The notes beneath the pieces are model-generated. The model had not been told where the DNA came from. It searched no databases and worked only from the letters and a program-made list of their open reading frames with translations. This document shows, piece after piece, positions 1 to 8,937 of a DNA stretch of 43,938 bases. The stretch's first letter is position 1, and every line of letters begins with the position of its first letter. This DNA is from an uncultured bacterium (GTDB taxonomy: Bacteria; Fibrobacterota; Chitinivibrionia; Chitinivibrionales; JANQEN01). The stretch is taken from NCBI GenBank assembly GCA_965372145.1, contig CBDVBE010000003.1, positions 1 through 43,938 on the forward strand. The letters run 5' to 3'. The translations under genes were made by a program, and so were the position numbers.

Positions 1-8
1 GACGTGAA

Positions 9-37
9 AAACTATATCTTGTGGTTACTCCAGTCAA
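9..37 (-). promoter_or_regulatory. Putative sigma70 promoter overlapped by an NrdR-box-like site, pointing out of the window
   Basis: The minus strand reads TTGACT-17 nt-TAGTTT. It contains CCACAAGATATAGTT, which matches the NrdR-box core CwA.ATATwG. Confidence 0.4.
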
Positions 38-504
38 GGAGATACCCCCATAAAGATATTACTTGCCGCACAGAGTGATTCCGCGCCGGATATCCGCATT
101 AACCTGGTAAAGAGCCAGGCAAATCCGCGGATAATCTGCGGAAGGATATTATAGTAATAGAGAATTGCGACAAGCGCTGAAAAGAAAATGATTGTCGGCA
201 GTGCCTGAAACGCAAGAATAAATCCCAAGGAGCCTTCGGTTCCAGGCGGTAATGCCAACGGGCCAAAAACAAATTTAGCACCTTCTGAAGCTGTCTCGAG
301 GACACGAATCGCCAGGTCATTAATACTAAGAAAAAGTTTGCTCCCTGCAGGCACAAGAAAGATAAAGAGTGCAAAAAGAAACTGCAGCCCTATCCCCCAC
401 CCTATAACATGCCAGTTCATTCGCTTTCTGTTATTTGAAAAGAGCCAGGCAATACCGAGGAGGATGAATATTCCTGTAAAACTTACGAGATTATAGAATT
501 CCAT
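34..504 (-). pseudogene. nupC: Concentrative nucleoside transporter (NupC/CNT family), N-terminal part only, truncated
   Basis: Typical CNT N-terminus (IAWLFSNNRKRMNW, FVFG, FQALPTIIFFSAL, ISGAESLCAASNIF). It stops at 156 aa, whereas family members are usually about 400 aa. Confidence 0.75.
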
Positions 505-543
505 AATAATAAATCCTTCCTTTTATCTTTCCATACTTGTATA

Positions 544-647
544 CTATTCCTAATCGTAATCTTAATCCTATTCCTAATCGTAATCTTAATCGTAATCGTA
601 CTCATAATCAAATTCTTTTCAATTAAGATTAGGATTAAGAGTATGAA
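544..647. repeat. Hexamer-based tandem repeat with an inverted partner
   Basis: CTATTCCTAATCGTAATCTTAATC x2 plus GTAATC units (544-609), followed by the complementary AAGATTAGGATTAAGAGTATGA (about 624-646). Confidence 0.8.
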
Positions 648-840
648 ATTATTAAAATATTGTGTTTTGATTATATAGCTGAACAGTTATGTAAATTTAA
701 TATTTGAACTATAGATATAATTTAAATACAACTTACTATCAAGTATAATGAAACCGTTAATTTCTATGCATTAAAGATCAGGTAAATCATCTCTATTTCA
801 AGGTCAGGCAGTATTTTTAAATAGAACTCATACCTCCCGG

Positions 841-2034
841 ATGTTGCCTATGGCTGAAACGAATAATCTGAATGAAGCGGCTATTACATTTATCTATACA
901 GAAATCGGACGTGGCCACCCCAGTTACCTTGATGGGATTATTGATCAATTTGAAAAGCAGTCTCCTGATACGGCCTATTATAAAACAGATGTTTTTGCCG
1001 TTTCAAAGGGACTATCATTATTAGCCTGGCACCTGGTGAAATACCTTTATCGGATTGGTGCTAAGGGTGGAATAATAACCTGGCTTTACGGCATTCTGAG
1101 ACGTAATTCCGGCTCCAGCGGTATACTGCTGTTTTTGCTTGGACGTGATATTAAAAAATTCTTTGCCGACTATAATAAACCTGTGATTGTCGCCCATCCG
1201 ATTCTGGCAGCGATTCTTTCTAAACAGAATACAGTTACCTACCAGCATGGTGAACTTGCCGTACCCGATGAAGCTGTTGTTACCGATTGCTATAAGATTT
1301 TGGTTCCTATCACGGAAACTGCTCTGCCATTCGAAAAGGCTGGTATAAATAAAAATAATCTTACCATAACAGGGCAATGCATTGAAACCGATCTAGTTGC
1401 ACTGGCCAAAACAGCCTATACTAATAAAATAAATCGTATTAATGGTTCACAACAGCTGACTGCCGCGCTGTTTTCATCAGGTGCCTATCCCCCACACCAT
1501 ATAACAACAATTCTACTCGCCGGCCAATCGTTATTTACTCACGGTTATTCAATCATTCTGTTTACAGGAAAATCAAAGCAGATATATAGAAAAACTTCTG
1601 AATTCTACAAAAGGGCAGGTATAGCTACCAGCAGGACTATTGATGACACCAATAGTATTAAGATTATCTTATCCAGTAGCAGGCAGGAAGAAAACAAGCT
1701 GGTCAGGTCAATTTTTGAAAAGCTCGATCTCTTCATAGCACCTGCTCATGAACGGACCAATTGGGCGGTCGGCCTGGGATTACCAATGTTTATTCTCTGC
1801 CCCCATATCGGCTCATATGCCCCCATGAATGCTGCTATTGCATTGGAAAAGGGAGTTGCTCAGGAAATTACCGATAACACCACTGCAATTGGATTACCAA
1901 GAATTATTGGTGAAATGAGGAAAAACGGGAAGCTGCTTGAAATGGTGAAGTATGGATATGGTCAAAGTGATATTGATGGTTTTGCAACGGCAGCGGGGAT
2001 TGTTTCGGGGATGACAGGAGAATCTGGAGAATAG
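841..2034 (+). CDS. Putative GT-B fold glycosyltransferase-like protein (MGDG synthase/GT28-like)
   Basis: 397-aa ORF with an N-terminal IGRGH motif, an HP motif, ITGQCI and a C-terminal GLPMFIL segment. The start may be the ATG at 850. Confidence 0.5.
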   Translation: MLPMAETNNLNEAAITFIYTEIGRGHPSYLDGIIDQFEKQSPDTAYYKTDVFAVSKGLSLLAWHLVKYLYRIGAKGGIITWLYGILRRNSGSSGILLFLLGRDIKKFFADYNKPVIVAHPILAAILSKQNTVTYQHGELAVPDEAVVTDCYKILVPITETALPFEKAGINKNNLTITGQCIETDLVALAKTAYTNKINRINGSQQLTAALFSSGAYPPHHITTILLAGQSLFTHGYSIILFTGKSKQIYRKTSEFYKRAGIATSRTIDDTNSIKIILSSSRQEENKLVRSIFEKLDLFIAPAHERTNWAVGLGLPMFILCPHIGSYAPMNAAIALEKGVAQEITDNTTAIGLPRIIGEMRKNGKLLEMVKYGYGQSDIDGFATAAGIVSGMTGESGE

Positions 2035-2124
2035 GTTTATTGCTTTGCTGAGGATATGTTTCCCGGGAAGTTATTCCGTGTTTCATAAAGGTTGTTTTTT
2101 TTGTAATTCCGGGGTAATTTATAC

Positions 2125-2170
2125 TATCTGCGACATCATTCCATCAGCGTTTTTCTGCGGTTCAGACATT
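2125..2170 (+). repeat. GxxExxY-flanking 46-bp repeat, copy A
   Basis: TATCTGCGACATCATTCCATCAGCGTTTTTCTGCGGTTCAGACATT. It contains the gene's TGA stop. Confidence 0.8.
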
Positions 2171-2554
2171 TTTTATACTATTTATAAATCTCTTAAATTG
2201 CAACTTCTTTGCACCAAAATTTACCAATAATCCAACCTCGAGATTATAGGCCTCCAGATAATTAATCGTCTGTGCCCAGTGAACCTCTTCAACTTGTGTT
2301 AGGGCTTTTATTTCTACCATAACTTTATTCTCTACAAAGAAATCAACTCTTCTTGTACCAATTTCATAACCGTCGTAAAATATCGGCATTTCCTGCTCCC
2401 TCTGGAAAGCCAAACCTGCCTTTTTAAATTCAATTGCTAACGCTCTTTGATAGATTACTTCCTGAAATCCATTTCCAAGAGTATTGTGTACGGTCATTGC
2501 ACAACCAATAATTTTGTGAGTAATGTCCGAATGCTTATAATCTTTTTCCTGCAT
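2162..2554 (-). CDS. GxxExxY protein (PD-(D/E)XK-like nuclease family)
   Basis: LGNGFQEVIYQRAL motif, RVDFFVE...VEIKA, QTINYL and GLLVNFG. An AAGGAG RBS precedes the ATG at 2554 (the ORF track starts at 2590). Confidence 0.92.
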   Translation of the reverse strand: MQEKDYKHSDITHKIIGCAMTVHNTLGNGFQEVIYQRALAIEFKKAGLAFQREQEMPIFYDGYEIGTRRVDFFVENKVMVEIKALTQVEEVHWAQTINYLEAYNLEVGLLVNFGAKKLQFKRFINSIKNV

Positions 2555-2576
2555 AATTGTATACTCCTTTAAAAAC

Positions 2577-2622
2577 ATTGTCTGAACCACAGATTTTCAC
2601 TGATTAGATGATAACGCTGATA
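2577..2622 (-). repeat. GxxExxY-flanking 46-bp repeat, copy C (inverted)
   Basis: Reverse complement reads TATCAGCGTTATCATCTAATCAGTGAAAATCTGTGGTTCAGACAAT. Confidence 0.8.
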
Positions 2623-2694
2623 AAAGATATTAAATATTTAAATCTAACTGTTACCTATCAAGCAAGAAACTACAAGGTTTTATTTCTCTTTATT

Positions 2695-2740
2695 TATCTG
2701 CGAAATCCCCCTATCAGTGACCATCTGCGGTTCAGACATT
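2695..2740 (+). repeat. GxxExxY-flanking 46-bp repeat, copy B
   Basis: TATCTGCGAAATCCCCCTATCAGTGACCATCTGCGGTTCAGACATT. It can pair with copy C. Confidence 0.8.
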
Positions 2741-2770
2741 TTTATCATTCACAAGAGATACTCTACCAAT

Positions 2771-4267
2771 TCACTCCACAACCACAGATTTTCGAGTATA
2801 CCTGCTCTCCTCCGCTTCAAGCGAAAAGTAGTATACCCCTGAACTGATATTATCCGTTTTGAATTGTTCCGAGTATTCACCTCTGCTTTTATGCTCTTCG
2901 AGCAATGTTTTGACCAGCTGACCGGATATGTTGTACATGGAGAGTTTTACAGAACTGGGGTATTGAATTGAGTAATGAATAGATATGAGGTTGTTTTTGT
3001 TATCACCGGAGACTATGAAATTATTTAGTTTATGGAAACCATTCGGATTGTCTTCTTTTATGCCTACTGTCTCTTTATCCATACGGATTAGATATACATC
3101 ACCAAGTGTATCACCGAAAGAACCTGTCTCTCCTGTAATAATAAACCCACCATCTTCTGTTATTTGGACTGATTCTGCACCATCATCACCAGTTCCTCCA
3201 AAGGTTTTTGTCCACAAGGTGTCACCACCTTTGTTTGTGCGGATTAGATATACATCATAATTTCCTGCGTTAAAAGAAAATGTAGTTCCCCCAATAATAA
3301 ATCCACCATCGCTCATTTGTTGAACGGACGAACCAATACCAAAATCATTTCCTCCATAAGTTTCTGTCCATAGAGTGTCACCTCTCGAATCTGTACGTAT
3401 TAGATAGACGTCACCTATTGTGTCTGTAAAAGAATCTGTTATACCGGTTATAATAAATCCACCATCTGTTGTCTGGTGAACTGATTTTCCTGCATCATCA
3501 CCAATTCCGCCATAAGTTCTTGTCCATAGAGTATCACCGTTCGAATTTGTGCGAATTAAATAAACATCAAGATCACCAAATAAAGTAGAATAAGTATATC
3601 CCGCAATAATAAAACCTTCATCAGTCGTTTGTCTAATTGTTGTTCCGAATTCAAATGAATTTCCCCCATACATTTTTGTCCATAAAGTATCTCCGATAGC
3701 ATCGGTACGTATAAGATAAACGTCTGAAAGGTGCGCACCTATGAGAATAAATCCACCATCACTCGTCTGCTGAACTGAAGTGGCCTGTTCAATGTACTCT
3801 ATGGAAGAGGATCCCCCATACATTTTAGTCCACAACGTATCCCCATTTGAATTTGTACGTATTAAGTAACAAGATTCGGCCGAGGCTGTTTTTGTTGAGC
3901 CAACAATAACAAATCCATTATCGTTTGTCTGCTGAATTGAAAAGCCAACTTCAGCTGAATCTCCACCATAAGTCCGTGTCCATAAGGTGTCGCCATCTGA
4001 ATCTGTACGGATAAGATAGATATCAGAACTACCAGCACCATATGAACTCGTAGTTCCGACTATAATAAACCCTCCGTCACTTGTCTGTTGAACTGAATAC
4101 CCATTGTCCCCATTAATACCACCATACGTCCTCGTCCACAGCGTATCCGGAGCTCCTGCAAAAAGATAAGATGAAAAAGAAAGGATGAATAATAAAATCA
4201 GATTTGAGATCCCGCCAAAACGGGACAGGTTTTTAAATGGAGAGGATTTCGAGCGTTGCATAAACAC
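2771..4267 (-). CDS. Secreted beta-propeller-like repeat protein with a T9SS type-A-like C-terminal domain
   Basis: Signal peptide, then about 7 repeats of DTLWTRTYGG...SVQQTxDGGFIIxG...DVYLIRTD. C-terminus: KLSMYNISGQLV...SSGVYYF...TRKSVVVE. Confidence 0.85.
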   Translation of the reverse strand: MFMQRSKSSPFKNLSRFGGISNLILLFILSFSSYLFAGAPDTLWTRTYGGINGDNGYSVQQTSDGGFIIVGTTSSYGAGSSDIYLIRTDSDGDTLWTRTYGGDSAEVGFSIQQTNDNGFVIVGSTKTASAESCYLIRTNSNGDTLWTKMYGGSSSIEYIEQATSVQQTSDGGFILIGAHLSDVYLIRTDAIGDTLWTKMYGGNSFEFGTTIRQTTDEGFIIAGYTYSTLFGDLDVYLIRTNSNGDTLWTRTYGGIGDDAGKSVHQTTDGGFIITGITDSFTDTIGDVYLIRTDSRGDTLWTETYGGNDFGIGSSVQQMSDGGFIIGGTTFSFNAGNYDVYLIRTNKGGDTLWTKTFGGTGDDGAESVQITEDGGFIITGETGSFGDTLGDVYLIRMDKETVGIKEDNPNGFHKLNNFIVSGDNKNNLISIHYSIQYPSSVKLSMYNISGQLVKTLLEEHKSRGEYSEQFKTDNISSGVYYFSLEAEESRYTRKSVVVE

Positions 4268-4469
4268 CTCGAAAAGTTTGATGATAATGGATTATATACT
4301 ACATAATTAAAATAATCATTTCTCAAAGGTTTTATTAACTTTTAGAAAGAAAGACTACATAAAGAATATACTCCATAGAAAATGATTTAAATAGTTACCA
4401 AATCTCCAACTACCTATTATTGATATTTCGTTAAATATTAATAGTTATTTAAGGTAATTTTATATCCAT

Positions 4470-4494
4470 GTTATACTAAAGCATAACATTATGT
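4470..4494 (+). repeat. 25-bp site, inverted copy of 10348-10372
   Basis: GTTATACTAAAGCATAACATTATGT, 24/25 identical to the reverse complement of 10348-10372. Confidence 0.8.
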
Positions 4495-4591
4495 AGGAGA
4501 TTTATTGGGCACGCACTTGAGGTGAATTCAAGCTTTAAGGATTTTTTCTTATATAATGAAAATGGTATGGATAGTAAACATACCCAAACAA

Positions 4592-5482
4592 TTAATGCAT
4601 CTTTTGTGCTATTTGTGCCACAATTTCAAAGGTTTTATCAAGATCGAAATCATCAAAATCACTTTTTCTCAGAACTGGTTTTAGCTGAGTATCAAGCTGC
4701 TTTTCAAGATCATCATTACGGGACGATGAAATATCGAGATTTTCATTCCCGGGGACCTGAAGCTTTTTATCTATGAAATCCAAAAGCTTGTGGTCATTGA
4801 TATCCAGATATTCATTCTTTATCGCAAAGTAAATATCATAAAAATCCCTGATAGCAGGTTCTCTTCGTGTTAATGCAGCGCGAAATTTTTCTGCGTATGC
4901 TTCAAAAAAACTCATTGCCTTTACTTCAATTGGAATATATGCCGATTTCCCTGTAAAAGGATTAATTATGAGAGTTTTGGCATTTAGCAATTGAGCTGGT
5001 TCAAGCAGTTCTTCACGCAGGCCGATTTCAATCTTAATACTTGATGGTAACTCTGTTGCTCCAACCACTGAGTGGTAATTGACACATGAAATATATTGTG
5101 TTGACACATTATGGCCGGTTAATTCCTGTTTAATCGAGATTCCAGGTATGGCCCCTTTTATTTCATTTGTTTTTTTCTTCAGAGGTTCAATTTTTTTCCT
5201 CCGTTCTGTCCGCGATGCATCAGATGAAATTGGAATGACAAAATCAAGATCTTCACTAAGCCGGTAAAAATCGGTATGCACCTTGCTCAGACAGGTTCCT
5301 CCTTTAAAAACCAAGGCTGCTTCTTTTCCCGCAAATAAATACTCCACTATCAGAGAGCAGAAATAATCCTTTTCTACAAGCTGTGCATTAAATCCAGTCT
5401 CGCCCGATGTATAGAGAATTGTTTCTTTGAATAGTGGGGCATCCACATGCGGGAACGAATGCTCATTTCGGGATAACGCCAT
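4592..5482 (-). CDS. Type IV TA toxin, AbiEii/AbiGii nucleotidyltransferase
   Basis: VEKDY, LVFKGGTCLSK, YRLSEDLDF, KIEI, AEKFRA and RDFYD motifs. Overlaps the upstream antitoxin gene. Confidence 0.92.
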   Translation of the reverse strand: MALSRNEHSFPHVDAPLFKETILYTSGETGFNAQLVEKDYFCSLIVEYLFAGKEAALVFKGGTCLSKVHTDFYRLSEDLDFVIPISSDASRTERRKKIEPLKKKTNEIKGAIPGISIKQELTGHNVSTQYISCVNYHSVVGATELPSSIKIEIGLREELLEPAQLLNAKTLIINPFTGKSAYIPIEVKAMSFFEAYAEKFRAALTRREPAIRDFYDIYFAIKNEYLDINDHKLLDFIDKKLQVPGNENLDISSSRNDDLEKQLDTQLKPVLRKSDFDDFDLDKTFEIVAQIAQKMH

Positions 5483-6317
5483 TTACTATCACTCCCCATT
5501 CTGTATTAATAGAGCCGGTCGCCGATTTTCCCGGTATCCATGGTATAAGGCTTTTTGATTTACCTAAAAGTCGTTTAAGGCTTAATAGACTTGATTCTGC
5601 GATACCATATGAAGACAGTAAATATCCTATACGACGAATTGATGACTTGTTACCATATTTAGCCGTAACAGAGATTATCTTTTTTTCAAATCCGGAATCC
5701 CTCTGCATGCTCTCTATAATCCATGAATATGCTCTTGGAATGGTATTGTAACGTGACCAATCATACACAGCATCCACACATGCCCGGGCTTTTGAAACAA
5801 TACAGATAGAAATACCTTCGGTAGTTTTTATTTTTCTTGCGGCACCTAATCGCTCTTCGGCTGTTTTAATAAAGATAAATTCTCTACCATTTATATTCTT
5901 CTCACCATATATTCTATCATTATAAATGTATAATCGATTAGGAACCTGATCATCAAAGCCATAGAAATTAAACGCATTCGGTCCACTGATTTGATATGTA
6001 CCTTTATATACCTGCATTAACCTGGTTAACAGATAATATTCGCTAACATTCCATTTTCCACCTGGCGGCATTCTTTCCGGTACAAGGTACACACCTCGTT
6101 TCAGCCTTATGAGTATACATGCATCCGTCATTCTTGCCAGCAGATCAATTTCCTGTTTCTTGCTCAACCCAAGAGCTTGAGCAATTTCACCGGTGAAAAT
6201 CATCTCCTTTTTACGCAGCTGAGCATAAGCCAATAACTGTATACCCAATTGTCCGATTTTATTTCTTTTTTGTTTTAGTGTATTATCCATAAATCGCCCC
6301 TGAGTCGATTTATCCAT
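5463..6317 (-). CDS. Type IV TA antitoxin, AbiEi family transcriptional regulator
   Basis: N-terminal wHTH (LIRLKRGVYLV), YQISGPNAFNFYGF.DQVP, and position directly upstream of AbiEii. The true start may be the Met at 6290. Confidence 0.85.
   Translation of the reverse strand: MDKSTQGRFMDNTLKQKRNKIGQLGIQLLAYAQLRKKEMIFTGEIAQALGLSKKQEIDLLARMTDACILIRLKRGVYLVPERMPPGGKWNVSEYYLLTRLMQVYKGTYQISGPNAFNFYGFDDQVPNRLYIYNDRIYGEKNINGREFIFIKTAEERLGAARKIKTTEGISICIVSKARACVDAVYDWSRYNTIPRAYSWIIESMQRDSGFEKKIISVTAKYGNKSSIRRIGYLLSSYGIAESSLLSLKRLLGKSKSLIPWIPGKSATGSINTEWGVIVNGVIPK
6289..6313. promoter_or_regulatory. Putative AbiEi autoregulatory operator
   Basis: Inverted repeat ATAAATCG-N9-CGATTTAT overlapping the antitoxin translation start. 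AbiEi proteins are known to bind promoter inverted repeats. Confidence 0.45.
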
Positions 6318-6418
6318 AATATAACAAAGAGTATAAAAAAAACAAAAGACTTTATCATACTCGAGCTGGGATTAATCACATCGGGTAATCTGCTGTGAAA
6401 GTATTATGTTGGTAGTTA

Positions 6419-6466
6419 ATAAAAAAACCTCTTAAAACGCCTGCCTAAGCAATTCTAAGAGGTTTT
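6419..6466 (-). terminator. Hairpin/terminator downstream of the tRNA
   Basis: AAAACCTCTTA...TAAGAGGTTTT stem with an A-tract (U-tract on the minus strand). Confidence 0.6.
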
Positions 6467-6471
6467 ATATT

Positions 6472-6548
<77 letters not shown>

Positions 6549-6691
6549 ATATTTTCAAATTTATGTTGGTTAAAAATAGTTATAAATACTGTAAAAAGCA
6601 AGGTGACAAATTATCGTAGCCTTTCAGGGTTTGAAATTACAAATTTCAAGTTTCCAATTTCCAATTTCAGCGTTCTTTGAACGCTTACAAA

Positions 6692-7168
6692 TCATCCGCC
6701 GCGCAGTTGGCTTACGAAGTATTCATGCAGATCAACCAGTTCCCGCTTAATTGTACGGATATCATCCATGGCAATAACATCATCGAAGGCTTGCACCCAT
6801 TTGTCAACAAACTTCTCAAATTCTGCGACCTTCTTATCCATCTCCGGGATACGGGCGGCAAGGCTCTTTGCAATGGAGAGCGCGGATGCAGGATTTTCTT
6901 CAAAATAACGGGTCGCATTTTCAATGTAGAGCAAATCAGCATCGGTGTTCGCTTTCACTGTCGCAGTTCTTCTTCCTCCCAGGATGGATGCTATTTCCCC
7001 AACAAAAGCGCCTTTCTCGGTTATCTCCGCAACTTTTACCCCTTCGTAAAGAACCTCCAGCTCACCGGACATGAGAATATACATGCCTTTGGCAAGTTTA
7101 CCCTGTTCCAACACAATATCACCAGGTTTAAATGATTGCCGCTTACTGCCATCACCTTCTACCAACAT
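6692..7168 (-). CDS. Stand-alone cyclic nucleotide-binding domain protein
   Basis: FKPGDIVLEQG, MYILMSGELEV, FVGEIASILGGRRTATVKA. C-terminal helical/coiled-coil tail and no Crp HTH. Confidence 0.88.
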   Translation of the reverse strand: MLVEGDGSKRQSFKPGDIVLEQGKLAKGMYILMSGELEVLYEGVKVAEITEKGAFVGEIASILGGRRTATVKANTDADLLYIENATRYFEENPASALSIAKSLAARIPEMDKKVAEFEKFVDKWVQAFDDVIAMDDIRTIKRELVDLHEYFVSQLRGG

Positions 7169-7233
7169 ATATCATTCCTTAGTATAAATATTATTGTGTC
7201 TATCTTTAATATACCATTTCGATTAATGTATAC

Positions 7234-8148
7234 CTATTTATCCTTAAACATTTCCTGGGGTGATTGCGGAGCAACACGAACCGTTTTATACGTATCAAGT
7301 AGTACTTCCCCGGGTGGGGATTTTCTTCTCTTGTGAACATACCGCGCTTCAGTTATATGCACTTCTGCATAGGAGGTGTGTTTCGCTTTAGAAAACCAGA
7401 CCGCAAGTGCTGCGACCTTTTCAATAATCTGTTTCGGCGGCCAGGGACTGTTCTTTTCACGCTTGAGCACAACATGTGATCCTGCATGCGCAGCGACATG
7501 ACACCAGATATCCCACGGTTTGGCGAATTTTATTGAGAGTTCATCATTCTGCGTAGTATTCTTTCCCACATACACATGCCACTCTTCAATAGTGAAATGT
7601 CTATAGGGTACTTTGGGAGCACCGTGTTTAGACTTCTGTAAATTTGACAATCCGGGAATCAATCCACTCTCCCGTACTCTTTTCTGTAAATCATCAAACC
7701 GCGTGATACACTCATCGGTCGTTTCATCGAGCAGCAGGTACTTATTACATTCTTCAATGGCTGTTTCGATAAACTGCAACTCCTTTTCCGTGGTACGGAG
7801 TTTTTCTTTACAGGCGTCTTCCCCACGCTTCCCTTTTCGGGCTTTCTTATAAAAAAGTTCCGCATTGCGGACAGCGTTGAGTTTTGGATTGAGTTTCACG
7901 GGCTCCGGATTCTGTGTGTGGACATTTCTAATCTCACATTCAGAAGTTCCTTTTTTAATATGGGCGGCCTCCGCAAGCAAAGAATCACCTATCTGTCTAT
8001 ACCACAATGACTTACCGGATTCCTCACACTCTTTTTCCTGTTTTTCACGCTTTTTTATGATCCGTTTTCGAGCGCTTTTACAGGCTTTTCTCATCTGTAG
8101 AACAGACTCCCGATCGCTTTTTTCTTCCACTTCTTGTTTTTTTCGCAT
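7234..8148 (-). CDS. NFACT RNA-binding domain protein (RqcH/FbpA C-terminal-like)
   Basis: NAELFYKKARK coiled coil, VYVGKNTTQNDEL, DIWCHVAAHAGSHVV and ALAVWFSKA. Lacks the NFACT-N domain. Confidence 0.88.
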   Translation of the reverse strand: MRKKQEVEEKSDRESVLQMRKACKSARKRIIKKREKQEKECEESGKSLWYRQIGDSLLAEAAHIKKGTSECEIRNVHTQNPEPVKLNPKLNAVRNAELFYKKARKGKRGEDACKEKLRTTEKELQFIETAIEECNKYLLLDETTDECITRFDDLQKRVRESGLIPGLSNLQKSKHGAPKVPYRHFTIEEWHVYVGKNTTQNDELSIKFAKPWDIWCHVAAHAGSHVVLKREKNSPWPPKQIIEKVAALAVWFSKAKHTSYAEVHITEARYVHKRRKSPPGEVLLDTYKTVRVAPQSPQEMFKDK

Positions 8149-8257
8149 ATATCACCACAGGGCTTGACATTTATCCGAATTCGTAGTACAATTTATACAA
8201 CGACATATAGAAATCGGAATCATGGAATAACAACGCACTACTATAAAGATAATTAAA

Positions 8258-8659
8258 ATGATCAGATCAATAAAAATTAAATGTCCGCTTTGTGGTGAAA
8301 AGTCCGAACTGTTTCTGTCCATGAATCCAACAGTCATTGTATTAAACTGCCCTGAATGCTGGACCCCTCTTATGTATACTCAGGATGAAATACGCGTTCT
8401 TTCGGAGCATGAATTAAATACTATTACAGCACCATCAACAGAAACTGTTCTTGAAAACTTCTTTGATAAAATCACTCATAAAAAACATTTGACTAATCAT
8501 AATGCAGCTTATGAAAACGGTATACCTGCAAACCGGGATTACGGTTATAATGCCCTTCAGGCAACTAACGGCAATGTCATCACAACGGATGATGTACTGA
8601 ATCTCCATATTGAACTCTCTCAGTGTGAAGATGTCCTGCAGTTTATAGAGAAATTGTAA
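8258..8659 (+). CDS. Hypothetical zinc-ribbon protein
   Basis: CPLC...CPEC pair at the N-terminus. C-terminal ITTDDVLNLHIEL helix. Confidence 0.7.
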   Translation: MIRSIKIKCPLCGEKSELFLSMNPTVIVLNCPECWTPLMYTQDEIRVLSEHELNTITAPSTETVLENFFDKITHKKHLTNHNAAYENGIPANRDYGYNALQATNGNVITTDDVLNLHIELSQCEDVLQFIEKL

Positions 8660-8819
8660 ACCTCTATCTCTATTTCCACCAGTCTTTTAAGGATTAAGAA
8701 CATCCTTATTCATCGCTATCACTAAGGTGTTTGAGAATATTATAACCATGTTTTTCATTCACCTGTCAGGTGATAATTAAAACAGTTGACTTTAGCGCTT
8801 TAAGTAATTGTTTTTATCA

Positions 8820-8890
8820 TTCTAATTTCTGCATTCTGTTTTCTGCATTCTGATTTCTGTTTTCTGTTTTCTGATTTCTGACTACTGTTT
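8820..8890. repeat. Degenerate 7-bp tandem repeat (TTCTGnn)
   Basis: TTCTGCA TTCTGTT TTCTGCA TTCTGAT TTCTGTT TTCTGTT TTCTGAT TTCTGAC TACTGTT. Confidence 0.85.
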
Positions 8891-8937
8891 TATGATAATA
8901 CCTTCCGGCCTGCCCTGTCATTTGTTATTTTTGGTTC

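Noticed and set aside
2780-2792. AACCACAGATTTT matching GxxExxY repeat copy C
   Set aside because: Only 13 bp, inside coding sequence for the CTD end, with no further similarity.
3040-4160. DNA repeats suggesting a DGR or array
   Set aside because: They are explained by protein-level propeller repeats. There is no reverse transcriptase and no adenine-specific TR/VR pair.
4470-4494. Chromosomal dif site or integron attC
   Set aside because: GCATAA and TTATGT are only 2 bp apart (dif needs 6) and the TTATGTTAAAT arm is missing. There is no attC-like hairpin and no integrase.
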